From Eledone cirrhosa (Eukaryota), in NCBI GenBank assembly GCA_964016885.1, contig OZ024743.1:347200001-347264000 (forward strand): 64,000 bases of DNA, given 5' to 3'. A program made the translations under genes and the position numbers. Positions 39,790-54,120 of the stretch are shown here, piece by piece. The notes under the pieces are model-generated. The model did not search any database and was not told where the DNA came from. It saw only the letters and a program-made list of their open reading frames with translations. The first letter of the stretch is position 1; the number at the start of each line of letters is the position of its first letter.

Positions 39790-42700
39790 CAATTTAATGG
39801 TGGCGTTGAACGGCAAGGAGCTGACCCTCCAGGTGCCGCGCTGCAGGCTCACCGAGTTTTCCTGGTTAATTTTTCCTTCCTGTTACCCCCTCGTAATCCT
39901 TGAGAGCGGAGCCGATCATCTCAATGTGTTGGTTGCTCGACATCACTAAGGTTACCTCGTCGTGACACCTCTCAACGGCTCCAATTTGTGATGTAATGTC
40001 TTACGAATCTATACATAGATAAGGTATGAGCAGAGACATCCTTGACTGACCAAACGGATGATGTTGAATGGTTCCAAAAAGTAACAAGAGAGGTGATGTC
40101 GCTGTGCATTGCAGCGATCAAGCCCCCGAAAAGGTCAGCGGCTAAGTATCGATGGTCGACCCTATCGAAGTCTTTCGATTGATCTAAGTTGATCAGGGAC
40201 CCACCAGTTCCAAGTTTCTTAGCCACCCTATATATAATGTATCGCATGAGGTTGAGGTTGTCGTGAATGGATTTGTTTGGGATGGAACATGTCTGGGACA
40301 ATCCAACTATAGTACCGACAACAAGTGCCAAACTCGTCGCTAACACCTTGGCCAAAATCTTAAACTCTGCATTAGCAGAGTTATGGGCTTAAAATTATCG
40401 ATGTTGTTCCACTGGTTTGGGTCTTTTCTCAGCAGCGCCACTACACGCATCTACTCAGGATTCAGTAAGATGGGCCCATTGTGGTCAGCCAAAGACCGGA
40501 TTGTGGATTTGTTTCCCCGGCGCACCTCCGCTATTCGGGTCCATCAAACAGCTTTCGCTATTTCGTGACGGCGGTGGATTGGCAGTATCGGTAGAGAGTC
40601 GGACGCCATACTTTGACACATAGAATTACGTCCCTTTATGATCTGAGTTCAAATCCCGCCGAGGTTAACTTTGCCTTTGATCCTTACGGGGTCGATAACA
40701 TAAAGTACCAGTAATACACTGGTTAATTGCTGGCCTTGTGCCAAAAGTAGAAATAGTTATTTCGTGTCTAAGATCACGCACCATAACTCTGACAACGCAA
40801 CTCCAGTGCTTTCTGTTGAAGAATTAGGCGAAAGCTATTCGTGCCGCTAGCACGTCGGTTGAGTTGCCTTTCATAAAAGCCTCCTTTAGTTTGTAACTAG
40901 TTCACCGTTTAATGTAGGTTTTTGCTATTACAACGCCTATACTAAACCTTTTTGATTCTACTCTAATTGTCCTTCATCGCAAACTACCATTTGTCGTTGA
41001 CATCAATTTGTCGCTCACATCGATGCCCGCTTAACTAATTCACTAATCCGGTATTTTTAGGCCTGCGCCCAGGAAAGGACGCGTTCAGCTTCCAGTAACT
41101 GGGTCCCTGACTATGAACCCTAACCAATGATTATGAACCAACTAATTGTACAGATCAAAATTTGTGGTTTGTGTAGTCGGCTATTTTGAAATGTTGTTCT
41201 TATATAGTTCCCTACCAAATACGCTATCTAGATACGATTTGGATGACCCGATGCGGTTTGTCCATGTCCTCATTGGCACATTCGGGTAAACCAATCATTA
41301 CCTGTCAGACAATTGGCAATGTCTGAGTAGGTTTGCCGCACTTTGCACCCTCGTCCCCTATCTGATAACCCCACACAGCTCCAGTGTGCATCTGAGACCA
41401 AAAACTCTAAAGAGTAGGACATTCGTGAAATCCAGTGTCGGATGTGACGTGGAGAGAAGAGATGGTTTACTTTGATTTGCTCTTTGCTGGGGGGAAAAAG
41501 CCTTTAGCTGCCATTTTAAGCCACATGTGTAGCAATTTGGCCATCGGCCCTCCGTGATGTATGGGATAGCTTGTCTTGATTGGTTTGGACTAGAAGTTCC
41601 ATCTCAGACTATGATCAGTTTTTAGTTTGTTGTTTGCACCTTGATGATATGTGTAGTTTCCTCAACATCCATGAGGACCGCTGCAAGGGAATAGCTACTG
41701 TGGGCGGCCCCAGGATTACTCTAATTTTTACCGGTCTTTGGCCACAATACGGCGGCGGGAGAGTGATTTTCCCCCTCCTGAGTAGTGTGAGGGAGTTTAT
41801 CCTCGCTTCCTATGGTGTCTCAAAGAATACGTCTATTGTGCCAAATCCCCTGCCTGGGTCGATATGGGTTTTACTTTCCCATACGCGATATGAAGCCTTT
41901 TGGATTTGGGTCTCGGTGGCTAGCTCCAACCGGCATAACTTCACTCCAGTTGTAAGGTATGTTAACGTACAACGTCGCACGTTTTCCAGCACGTCGGTTG
42001 GAAGTGTGAGACTGACTCTGTAATACCCTCTTTTTTAACATTTGTTTAGCCTCTGTTAATTCATTTTCTTTTACTTGTACGGATTCTCTGTTTCTCGATG
42101 ACCCTGCGAATGAAACGGCTGCTTTGGCGGGATTCTTCTGTGGTGTGTTCGGAGTGGGTCACAGATGGGTTTGTGTTTTTGTTCCTGCTGTTGTTGCTGT
42201 TGTTATTCTTATTGTTATTGTTGTTGTTGTCATTTTTGTTGTCGTTTTTGAGTGTCTTACTGTTATTTTTGCTGTTTGCTTCTGTTATATTTAATGTTGC
42301 AGTGTTGAGGTTGTTATCTATATTGTTCTTCATGTTGTTACTGTTACGGTTGTCGATGTTCTTCTTTTTGTGTTCTCGCTGTGTTGGGTTTAATTTTGTT
42401 TTTGATTCAGTAATTGAAGTGGTGGTGATGGTGGTGCTGGTGGTGATGGTTGAGGTGTGGGATGTGCTTGCCGTTTGTGTGGTGGGGTAGTGGCGTTCAC
42501 ATTGGTAAACATTGACAGAGTTAGGAAGTCTTTTTCACGTGTGGTTGCTGCACGAGATAAAGTGCCGTTGTTGTTGTCAGCGACGGTGCCTGTAGAGGTG
42601 GTTTTAGTAACACTATTAATAATGGTGGTGATGTGTGTGGTGTCATTTCTCTCAACGTTTGAGTTGCTCTCACGTGACAGTTCTGTCAATTTGAGGAGGC

Positions 42701-42905
42701 TTATTCCGTCCATGTTTACTTTTTACAGAAAAGACATTTTCAAAATTAAAGTTCAAATATTTGGGCCGAAAGCCCAAATATTATGAGGTTTCTCTTCCAC
42801 AGGGCAATGGCGGGTACTTTAAGTTCCCTTATCAACAAAACGTTATTAACAAAATGTCAATTTAGACAACTTAAATCCATAAACCTGCTGGAGCTCAGAA
42901 TCGCA
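39790..42905 (-). mobile_element. Heavily deleted Tx1-clade LINE (ORF1 + APE/RT remnants)
   Basis: AKVLA..QTCSIPNKSIHDNLNLMRYI..GGSLINLDQSKDFDRVDHRYL, plus Asn/Thr-rich ORF1 with FGTIDVFF. Homologous to the 20-26 kb element. Confidence 0.85.
40568..40757 (+). mobile_element. tRNA-derived SINE nested in the Tx1 remnant, 9-bp TSD TATTTCGTG
   Basis: Full consensus. TSD at 40559-40567 and 40758-40766. Confidence 0.92.
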
Positions 42906-42944
42906 TGACTTACATTTTCGTTGCCAATAAAAATAAAATAATAA

Positions 42945-43070
42945 TAATTTTGAGGGAGGAGAAGTCGATTAAATCGACCCCAATGCCTTATTAATAATTT
43001 GTTTTATTGACCCCGTAAGGATGAAACGCTAAGCTAATTTCGGTGGGATTTGAACTCAGAACGTAAAGAG
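42945..43070 (-). mobile_element. Partial tRNA-derived SINE
   Basis: GTCGATTAAATCGACCCC...GACCCCGTAAGGATGAAA...GGATTTGAACTCAGAACGT. Confidence 0.8.
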
Positions 43071-44121
43071 AATAATAATTGTATGTAAAATAAGTTCTGT
43101 CTCAAGTTCTGTGTCTTGATCTAGCCTACATTATTAGAAAACTATGGAGTGACTCTGATGGTTTGAACATGTGGAGGTGTCCTCGGTTCTGGAGACTCTT
43201 GCAAATAAGAAGGAGTCCATCACTGTACATTGAAGTAATCTAGAATCAGAAACCAAAACAAGCTGAATTTAGGACAGCGTCCAAGTGAAAATTGACCCAA
43301 ATTATTCATCAAAGACCCACCGAAGGCATTCCAATGTCTCTTTGAATGGCAGGTACATTTAAAACAATGTTTGGAGATATTCGTATGTGAATGAGTCCTA
43401 GTCACAAATAAATGAAACAATATTATTGGACACATCATTAGAGCATCAGAAAAGATGCTTTGTTCTAATTATTCCGGCTCAATACAATAATGTATCAATG
43501 AAAATCATGGATTTGTGCATAACCTTGAAGCCATTATCACAGAAAGCAATTGGGTGAAAATACAGATTGAATTGTTTTTTTTTTGTTTCATCCGTTCAAA
43601 TCATACAGGGTTTTACTTCATAATACATTTATTAGTCACTATAATCCAAGAAAACATTGCACATCAATGCTAAAGGAATTTTATTTAAGTATATATATTT
43701 TCTTATTATTTCAGCCCTGTTTAATTCCATCTGAACAGACATTTTATTTCAAATGTTTTATCCAAAACTATCACGTACTTCCATCGGGCAGTGTATACAG
43801 AAGAGTGATAACCAACATTTCAAAACCTTTGTGTTGATGTTGCTGATATTTCCAGCTGGTTCAGCAACACTCTGATTTGTTGTTATCCTAAATGTTATGT
43901 CTTACCTCCAAGTCAGCCTTGATCGATCACACCTTTCATCAAAAGCATTCCAGACAGGAACATCTTATCTTTATCCTGTATACTGGGAAGCCAGAGCCAA
44001 ATAATCCTGCATGTTCATATATATTGTTTTGTGTGGTTTGAAGGATATCTAACTTCTATTTCTAGCGGAAAAAGTGATCACCTAGAAAGACTCTTTTCTT
44101 CTTGCTGCTGCTATTGATAAA

Positions 44122-44173
<52 letters not shown>

Positions 44174-45192
44174 ATACTGTTGTTCCACAGGGGGGTAGCA
44201 GTTTGTCGGATATATGGAATAATTGTTCCCTATAACGCCAAGTATATTGCTGCAATTATCTTTAAATAAAACGGCTGAGGTATTTTTGACATAGGACTCT
44301 AGGATATTCCGGTGACCTCTAGGTCAATACCAGCTGCACGGGCCACAACCACCCGTACCATCACTATCACGGCAACAATTTACAGAACACTTCCTCAGTA
44401 CAAAATCTCTCCGCCGACATCACCAACACCACCACCACACACACATTTGGCCAGTAAAGTTCTCAAATATCATGTCAGCTATATCATTCACATTTTTCAA
44501 AGTTCATTTCAACACAAATTATTTAAATGGTTTCGATATCGTTGTCGAACTATCATCATCATTGTCGTCGACGTTGTCATCATCAGCATCATCAGCAAAA
44601 TCCTCACAATTGTCATCAACAGCACCGTTGTTGTCATCTTCATTATGAATTATCATCATCATCAGCATTAGTAGCAGTAAGAGAATCAATAGCGACGCCC
44701 CATCATCATCACAATTATTGATTCTACTACAATTATGATAACGAATATACTACATAATGAAAACATTAATTTATGATTGTGCTGACAAACTTACTTGCAC
44801 ACATATATATGAATATATATATATGCTAGAGAGAGATAACATTCTTATTTTATTTTTAATTTTCTGCAAAGCTAGGCGTAACTCGCTCGGTATGCAAATG
44901 AGGCTAATCAGCCAATATATACTTCAGAAAATACTATATATCCTCATCCATTCAAAAGATTGGCACAGGTTAACAGTTCTGATGAAAGGTAATGACCTAG
45001 AAATATGTTTCTTGTACCTCGATGTCTCTGTTGCATAAACGAATGATGATTGGTTATCAAGACATAGCAGAGCTTTGTCGGGCTATTAAACGAATCCAAA
45101 ATTATTATTAATGTTCGATATAAGCCATACGTACATATGTATGTGTTTTGTGAGCGTGTGTGTAGGGGGTATATATATATATATATATATAT

Positions 45193-45843
<651 letters not shown>

Positions 45844-45904
45844 TGTGTGTGTATGTGGGTGTGTGGGTGTGGGTGTGTGTGTGGGTGTGTGTGTGTGTGT
45901 GTCT

Positions 45905-46054
45905 AACGAAGGAAATGTGGTAAGGAACCAGGTGGACCATAACGCACCAAAGTACTCAATACTTAGGGTAGTAGAGTGGGTAATAGGAACGAGTAGGACT
46001 GAATTAGCCGTCGAAACGGCTTGAGCTCAGCCGTCGGGGTCCTACTCGTTCCTA
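45905..46054. mobile_element. Short hairpin-ended repeat (family with 31458, 51541)
   Basis: 17-bp IR ATAGGAACGAGTAGGAC / GTCCTACTCGTTCCTAT around GTCGAAACGGC..GCCGTC. Confidence 0.78.
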
Positions 46055-46299
46055 TATATATATATATATATATATATGTCTGTGTGTGTGATATTTGTCA
46101 GTAATAATTTATTTCATATTCGATAGGTGAACTGACAAACGACACTCAAATACAATGCTAATACACCAGGACCCAGTTAGACACCATCACGACTACGTAT
46201 AGACACTTACATCAACATATACGCTAATGCACACAAAAAAACACAAGACACACACAGTTACATATCCGTTTTTTAATGTTCTAATCTCTCTACGTGTAC

Positions 46300-46335
46300 T
46301 CTCCTGACGAAGGGCTAACGTCTGACACGTTGAGA
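46300..46335 (+). ncRNA. Degenerate hammerhead ribozyme (GAAA>GACA)
   Basis: TCTC CTGACGA A GGGC TAAC GTCT GACA CG TT GAGA. Confidence 0.6.
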
Positions 46336-46392
46336 TTCCTTTCTCGCTTTCATTCAAAGCACGTGAACATAAAAGCACTAATATACATACAC

Positions 46393-46427
<35 letters not shown>

Positions 46428-46436
46428 CACACACAT

Positions 46437-46506
<70 letters not shown>

Positions 46507-46605
46507 TTAGATGTCAACATGAATGGACCTGTTATTTTTATCTAAAGACATTTTTTTCTAGTTCCATCCCGACCGTCCTCTCAATCGCTCTTATTTCTCA
46601 TTCTT

Positions 46606-46641
46606 TCTTCTGATGAAGGACTAGCGTCCGAAACGTTAGGG
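46606..46641 (+). ncRNA. Minimal type-I hammerhead ribozyme
   Basis: TCTT CTGATGA A GGAC TAGC GTCC GAAA CG TT AGGG, the classic PLE-type GAAACGTT ending. Confidence 0.8.
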
Positions 46642-46965
46642 CCCTCTTCCTGCTATATCAAGCGTTAACCTAATATATCCCTTCCATATACTGATTGTGT
46701 TGTTATTTCTGTTTACCTTTTACATGTATACATATATATATATGTGTGGGGGGGGGGGGGCGTGTGTGTGTGAAAATAACAGAGCTTTCTTTTCTCGTCA
46801 CTACTTCGTTTTGAAGACGTACGGTGTGAATTGTCAGCTATTTCGCCGCTATTACTTGCATATCAAGAGATTGCATCGGTATTCTCTTATTGGCACTATG
46901 GCTGTTTTTAATGGTGTTCTTGGTGTTACTTTTCAGTTATTGCTGCTTCTTTTTGAAATTCTTTT

Positions 46966-46997
<32 letters not shown>

Positions 46998-47456
46998 CTT
47001 CTTCTTCTTCTTCTTCTTCTTCTTCTTCTTCTTCTTCTTCTTCTTCTTTTGATAGTCAGACCAAGGTAGATTTATTTGAGTAGATCTCTGATCAAATGTA
47101 TCACAATCGCGGCCTCTATCCTATCTTTTATTTATGTTTGCGACCTAGTGCTGTGGAATTTGGTGAACATTTGGTTGTTATTTCTATAAAATCGAGTGAC
47201 CATTTAGTGGCGCATCTCATTGGCTCGCAGTAGATAAAATACAAGAGCATGCGATATAGCAATTGAAAGGGGTGTCCTTGTATAGCCACACTCCAGTGAC
47301 AAATAAAATAAAAAAAAACATAATAAAATTTAAAAAGAAAAATTAATCCGCATTCCTCTAATGTATGTTTCAAGTGACACGAGACATTTTGTAGGGGTCA
47401 GGTTTAATATCATTTCACCTGTTGACCTGTGTATTTGGAATTCCTCAGAAGTTGAA

Positions 47457-47577
47457 ATAATTGTTTCTACTTTAGGCACAAGGCCAGCAATTACCCAGTG
47501 CATTACTGGTACTTTATTTTATCGACCCCGTAAGGATGAAAGGCAAAGTTAATCTCGGCGGGATTTGAACTCAGAAC
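47457..47577 (-). mobile_element. 5'-truncated tRNA-derived SINE
   Basis: Consensus 3' part up to the B-box. Confidence 0.88.
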
Positions 47578-48869
47578 TTGAAATAATGCACACGGCATAC
47601 TTAATGAGATTTAGAGAGTGAAGTGTTAGGGGTATGCCAGGGATGTGACGTCTTACGAAGGTAGAGAGACGTAACAATATATTGGGTGCTAAGACACCAT
47701 AACTTCAATATTAAATTGATATACTTTTGTTGTTCCCCTCTTCTTTATACGTGGTGGCCAGTTCGTAAAGATACTATCAACAACTCAACATCTTAATGAT
47801 GTTTTTCTCTTTTATTTTGGCACATGGATAGCAATTTAGGGGACGGGGAAAGTCGAATAAATATGCACCAATAACTAGCATCACTATATTGTAACCTCTC
47901 CTGTAGGATGAACTGCAAAAGTGATCTTAACTGAATTTTATTTCAGAATTTAAAGCGCTGACAATCTAATGATATTGACTATCCAGCGCCCTAAACTCCG
48001 TCTCTTGCAAATACATACTCATTTCCTCACGGGAGTAGGCAGGCTTGTTAGATAGAACATAAAAGAAAATACTTTGCGGCATTTTTTCTGTCTTTATGTG
48101 TTCTGAATTCAAACCCCAGTGTACAACATAGCATCTGTAATAGAAATATCAAAGTAGAATGAAAAGCCTTGTCGGAAACTTTTGTTTCTGGTCTTGGGCC
48201 TCTATAAGAAAATCAGTATCTTTTTTTCTATTTACTGACACCTATCATTGGACTCAATTTATGTTGGCATGCAACCTCCAAAGGATGAATACGGGTGTAC
48301 TCTACACATATATATTTTTTTTCTTTTGTTGAGGGAAATTTGATGTTTTATAATGTAAGTTTTCAGTGATATTATTCATTGAAATCCTTTTTTGTTTTCT
48401 TCTTAACGTTTGTATCTCGATACAAGTGACCATAATAATAGGCAATCACTATTAAAAAAAATAGCTGAGAAAATAGAGTAATATTGCGCTTTTCAATTTC
48501 TAATTTTCCCAATGCGTCTTAAGTCAGGCTCTTTATTTCCGCATTTAGTTTTGTAAACTTCTAAATCCAAACAATCCTGTTTCTATATTTAGGCGACAAC
48601 AATTTTCATGGGTTTATTGGTGGGGCAGTAAATGTTTAGAACCTATAAATTTGCTGAACCTCATTGACCCCAGTAATAACCTCAATCTGGTAATTATTTC
48701 ACCTATCTTTTTCATGAAATTGTTAAGCTAAATAGAATTGTTAAGAATAAAACATAAAGGCAACGTCAGTTTTATATGGATTGATTCGCCCTACAGTTTC
48801 TCGTTTGATGTTTTAATATACGGGAAAAATTCTTCAACTATATGCCATTTTATTGGGCGTCTAAATACT

Positions 48870-48925
<56 letters not shown>

Positions 48926-48926
48926 A

Positions 48927-49684
48927 CCACTTTTCAGTTTTGTATGGCTTCTTAACACATTGTTTAGCTCTGGTTTTTAACTATTGAGCACTTTGCCAGT
49001 ATCATTTCTGATTTTTGCGTTTCGCTTCGCCTTTTCTGCCCGCCGAAATGCGAATCTCGCTGAATCTTTATTTGTATTACAATTAACTTGTCTTACAATT
49101 AAATTGTTAATAATTTCTATTGACAGGTTAATTGTATAAGTTTATTTTAAAACCACCCGGTTGAGAACTTATTCGAATTGTGCTATTTATGCTATTTGTT
49201 GCATAATATACACATACTGAAATTACTTTGACAAAATCTGGGGTTATTCCCCTTGTGATTTCCACACGGGTTTAACTTACCACCGTGTCATTCACTTATA
49301 TGGTACAGAGCGAAATACCTGTTGATAAAGTGATATTCCTTGTTCGATTGTTATACCCAAAGCTTATAGTTTTAAGCAGACTGTATTTTGATTTAGGTGT
49401 CACAGAAACTCTACATCTGATTTTAACAGCAATTCCGGGAGTCCAGGTCTGGTTATCATTTATTTTTTATCATTTATTTTGTTTTGACCTGTTTAGCTTG
49501 ATTTGGTTTTTGGCTTGGGTGGTTAATGTCTTCTTGGCCACCTTTTCAGTTTTGTATGGCTTCTTAACACATTGTTTAGCTCTGATTTTTAACTATTGAG
49601 CACTTTGCCAGTATCATTCCTGATTTTTGCGTTTCGCTTCGCCTTTCCTGCTCGCCGAAATGCGATTCTCGCTGAATCTTTATT

Positions 49685-49688
<4 letters not shown>
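48927..49688. repeat. Unclassified element with ~150-bp terminal direct repeats (period ~612 bp) between (TA)n tracts
   Basis: TTTTCAGTTTTGTATGGCTTCTTAACACATTG...CGCTGAATCTTTATTTGTAT at ~48930-49077 and ~49543-49688. Confidence 0.8.
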
Positions 49689-49717
<29 letters not shown>

Positions 49718-49723
<6 letters not shown>

Positions 49724-49907
49724 GTTTCTACTTTTGGCACAAGGCCAGCAATTACCCAGTACATTACTGGTACTTTATTTTATCGACCCCGTAAGGATGA
49801 AAGGCAAAGTTAACCTCGACAGGATTTGAACTCAGACCATAAAGGGACGTAACTGTACTGCAAAGCATGGCATCCAACCCTCTACCGCTACTGCCAATTC
49901 ATCGCCC
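49718..49907 (-). mobile_element. tRNA-derived SINE
   Basis: Full-length reverse-complement consensus. Confidence 0.9.
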
Positions 49908-50906
49908 TTATAATACTAGCTACTTTTTGATAAACAGTTGATACATTTCAGAAGATAGAATACAAAATATCCGAGACAATCTTTTTATTCCTCACAGACA
50001 CACTGTATTTGAAAATACAGTGTCCTATACGGAGCTGAACATAATTATCACATTTGGTTAAAATTCAACTATACAAAGAACAACATTTTATCCTAATTTA
50101 ATTGATCACAGATTGAAGATGAATGACAATGCCTTTGTAAGCGCTCGTAAATGTGAGAAATCATCGCGATTGATGTTAATTTTTAGCATCTGAGAACCAA
50201 CTGACAGGACATCTATGTGATCGATCGTCTTGTAAAAAATCAAGAGAAAAAAGAACAGCTTTTGAAAGTGGTGGTTCACGAAACAAACTAATGCACTAGT
50301 ACTTTAAAAAAGAAATAAACATATGATGAAGTACTCGTCAAAATAGTTTCTAAAAAAGACAATCATGGACATGGATGCAAAGTTTAATCATTCAACTTCT
50401 TTAATCAGATCAATTTCTCTCGTGGTAACATTACTTGAGATGATAGTTCATCATATCTGTGGACAAGAGAAATTTAAGTTTATTATCCACTTAAACAGCG
50501 TAAACAAATAAACTAAACACCGGAAACAGGGAATACTACTTGAGGTTCATTTAGAAAAATCATTAAGCTATATTCACTTAATATAATTGTTGGGAATTTT
50601 ATATCATATTGTGTTGTTTGTTTGTCCTTTAGCAGACATCTTATGAAGGATGTGCTGATGGTGAACGCAATGTGAGGAAATGTATGATTTTAAATATGTA
50701 GAGATTCCCCATGTTTCATTCCATGCCCATTATTTGGCACTAACAAACCTCTTTATAATATTGCCAAACCATTGTATGAATTAAAATCTCGCTGAAGTCA
50801 TCTATGTCTTTCATTCTTCCCGGGTCGAGAAATAAAAGCACGATCAACTGCTCCTTCCTCCAGTATTTATGGTTTTGTGTCTATATAAGGAATTCATTAT
50901 TTTCTA

Positions 50907-51092
50907 CGCGGTGGATTGGCAGTATCGGTATAGAGTCGGACACCATGCTTTTAAGCATAGAGTTGCGTCCCTTTATGATCTGAATTCAAATCCTGCCGAG
51001 GTTAACTTTGCCTTTCATCATTACGTGGTCGATAAAATAAAGTACCTGTAATACACTGGTTAATTGCTGGCCTTGTGCCAAAAGAAGAATCA
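50907..51092 (+). mobile_element. tRNA-derived SINE with TSD ATTATTTTCTAC
   Basis: Consensus match with a flanking direct repeat. Confidence 0.9.
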
Positions 51093-51399
51093 ATTATTTT
51101 CTACTCACTGTCAACGGCGAGTGACCACACTAATGACTAAACAATTAATATACGCGTTTGAAATTATAAACTGGATAAATGAAAGGAAATAGTGTATGAT
51201 AGAAACAACGAAAATATCTTCTTGAAAAATATATATTCTTAAAGGATAATTATAATGCTATAATCCTTTTCTTCCTCTTTTTCTGCATATCCTCTCTTCC
51301 CTATGTTCCCTGCTCTCTCTCTCTCTATTTATCTATCTATCAATATTTCTCTCTCTCTATCTATCTATCTCCCCATCTCCTTCCCTCCCCTTCTCTCTC

Positions 51400-51454
<55 letters not shown>

Positions 51455-51540
51455 CAATATATATCTCTCTCTATCTATCTATCAATCTCTATCTATCTAT
51501 CTGCCCCCCTCTCTCTCTCTCTAATATATATATATATATA

Positions 51541-51681
51541 AGAAAGAAAGTGTGGTAAGAAACCAGGTGAACCATAACGCACCAGAGTACTCGATACTAT
51601 AGTGGGCAATAGTAAAAGAGTCAGGACCCCGCCGGCTAAGCTCCGGCCATTTCAACAGCTAGACCCGAACTCTTCCTATTA
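51541..51681. mobile_element. Short hairpin-ended repeat, loop in opposite orientation to the 31458/45905 copies
   Basis: GTGGTAAGAAACCAGGTGAACCATAACGCACCAGAGTACTCGATAC...GGACCCCGCCGGCTAAGCTCCGGCCATTTCAACAGCTAG...AACTCTTCCTATT. Confidence 0.75.
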
Positions 51682-51693
51682 TATATATATATA

Positions 51694-51882
51694 GGGCGGT
51701 GGATTGGCAGTATCGGTAGAAAGTCGGGCACCATGCATTGAAGCATAGAGTTACCTCCCTTTATGATCTGAGTTCAAATCCCGGGGACGTTAACTTTGCC
51801 TTTCAAACTTACGGGGTCGATAAAATAAAATACCATAATGCACTGGGTAAGTGCTGGCCTTGTGCCAAAAGTAGAAACAATT
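51694..51882 (+). mobile_element. tRNA-derived SINE
   Basis: Full-length consensus match. Confidence 0.9.
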
Positions 51883-51896
51883 ATATATATATATAT

Positions 51897-52042
51897 AATG
51901 TAGGATGTGAGTTTTATTGTAGTACAATAAAGCAATGCAGATATCGGATAAGTAGCACTTTACAGTTTGTAGGACTGGAATATAAATAATATATAAGATC
52001 AAAAGATGGTTACATGGAACTCTTTTAACCATCTTTTGATCT

Positions 52043-52052
<10 letters not shown>
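51897..52052. repeat. Fold-back element: ~90-nt tail plus 25-bp hairpin, in (TA)n
   Basis: ATATAAGATCAAAAGATGGTTA / TAACCATCTTTTGATCTTATAT. Confidence 0.75.
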
Positions 52053-52078
<26 letters not shown>

Positions 52079-52082
<4 letters not shown>

Positions 52083-52296
52083 GGAAAAAATGAAACGAAA
52101 TTTAATTTCCCACTCTTAGTACGGCTGTTACTTAAATATAAGTATGTGTACGTACATACATATATGTATACAGACGTACAGTAGTATGTATATATATATA
52201 TACATACATACATGCACACATATATATATATATATGTGTGCATGTATGTATGTATGTATGTATGTATGTATGTATATATATATATATATGTGCATG

Positions 52297-52343
<47 letters not shown>

Positions 52344-52420
52344 ATGTATGTATATATATATACATACTACTATACGTCTGTATACATATATGTATGTACG
52401 TATACATACTTGTACACATA
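52079..52420. repeat. Terminal fragment of the 430-nt retrozyme-like family with a partial inverted copy
   Basis: AAACGGAAAAAATGAAACGAAATTT..CTCTTAGTACGGCTGTTACTTAAATATAAG as at 35107. Inverted TACGTCTGTATACATATATG at ~52373. Confidence 0.8.
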
Positions 52421-52457
<37 letters not shown>

Positions 52458-52459
<2 letters not shown>

Positions 52460-52868
52460 GGGAGAGATAACCCCTTAACCTTTGTCAAGGCAGAATTCTA
52501 GGAGAAGGAAAACTCTGATATAACACCTGCAACCCTGATGGTATCCAATGATGTTAACTTGTTCTTCTTTTTGGTAAATATCATCTTGGTTAAGAGAGTG
52601 GGACTGGCTTTATGCAGTGCCTTTGCTCACTATAAAAGCTTCACGGCACAGGCATTGCTTTATATCTGGAGATCTCTCTGCACTTGCCGTCACATGGTAC
52701 CATGGGCCCAGCACTGTGTCAATAATTGTCACAAGTGTAGTGTTTGTACCAGAGTTTTCAAGTCGCTGGCTGGACTAAAAAGTCACACTTGTTCAACGCA
52801 TCGGTAAGGGTTCTCCTACCTGGATATAAAGTAGTGGCCGTACTCGAAAACTAGTTGGCAGCCACCAT
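52458..52868 (+). mobile_element. Non-autonomous RTE-related retroelement (copy 2, 5'-truncated)
   Basis: Near-identical to 4031-4441 with the same 3' end; sits in (TA)n. Confidence 0.7.
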
Positions 52869-52904
52869 ATATATATATATTGGCAAATGACCCTCCCAAA
52901 GTAT

Positions 52905-52940
<36 letters not shown>

Positions 52941-53211
52941 GTATGTTTTGAAACATATAAATATATATATATGTTCTCTCTCTATCTGTCTATCTATCTG
53001 CTCTCTCTTTAATATCAGTGACACTTCTAATATTAACGAGAAATCAAATATTTTTCATACATTTTATTGCTAAATTTAAAATACATCACCTGATCAACCT
53101 CTCGAGCGGCACTCAATTGGAACTGATGGGTGTCACAAAGCATTAATCCCACTTATAATTCTCACTCTTTCTCTGTTTATCTGTCAGTTTCTGTCTGTCT
53201 GACTACTATCT

Positions 53212-53274
<63 letters not shown>

Positions 53275-53945
53275 CTCTCTCTTAAATACACACATACACA
53301 ATGTCAACAAAAATATTCCAGGGTGTCAAAAGTTGCCCGTTCCGCTTCAAATCAATCATTTGAATTTTATTCTTGACAACCACGCTAAGGACCATAGTTA
53401 AGATGAGATAAAAAAAAACTTTTTCTATACAAGTTCGCATTAGTCGATATGTACATAATGCGTGCGCGAGCATATAAGTACGTATACGTGCACATACATA
53501 CACACAACCTCTATGTATCGGTCCACAATGTTATTGACAAATAACAATTATTGTAATTGTAGTAATGATTTCTAATTTCGGCACAAGGGCAGCAATTTCA
53601 AGGAGAGGTGGAAGCTTGTTAAATTGACCCCCATCGCTGATCTGGTACTGTATTTTATCGAGCCCGGATGAAGGAAAGACAAAGGTGACTCCATTGGGAT
53701 TTAAAGTAAAATGAAATCTGGATTAGGAAATGTGACTAAGTAAACCCGAAATGAAGAAAACTAGGTCAAATCACACTAGACAAAGATACTGAAACAAGAG
53801 AATTAAATTAAAGGCATACAATTACCTAAAACTCAATGAACTAAACACAGTTTAACATACACAGATGAATAACATAGAAAATAATAGATTACCACTTAAA
53901 ATAGAAGTAAATGAAAAGAATATGGTAATACTCTAGACATCCACA

Positions 53946-54120
53946 TAATTGTTTCTACTTTTAGCACAAGGCCAGCAATTATCCCGGTGCATTACTGGTA
54001 CTTTATTTTATCGACCCCGTAAGGATGAAAGGCAAAGCTAACCTCGGAGGGATTTGTACTCAGAACGCAAAGGGCCATAATTCTCTGCCGCGAAGCAGGG
54101 TGTGCGACGCTCTACCAATC
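53946..54120 (-). mobile_element. tRNA-derived SINE
   Basis: Reverse-complement consensus. Confidence 0.88.

Noticed and set aside
44974-45015. CTGATGA-AAGGT-AATG-ACCTA-GAAA hammerhead-like motif
   Set aside because: No stem I pairing and no associated repeat; possibly decayed but unsupported.
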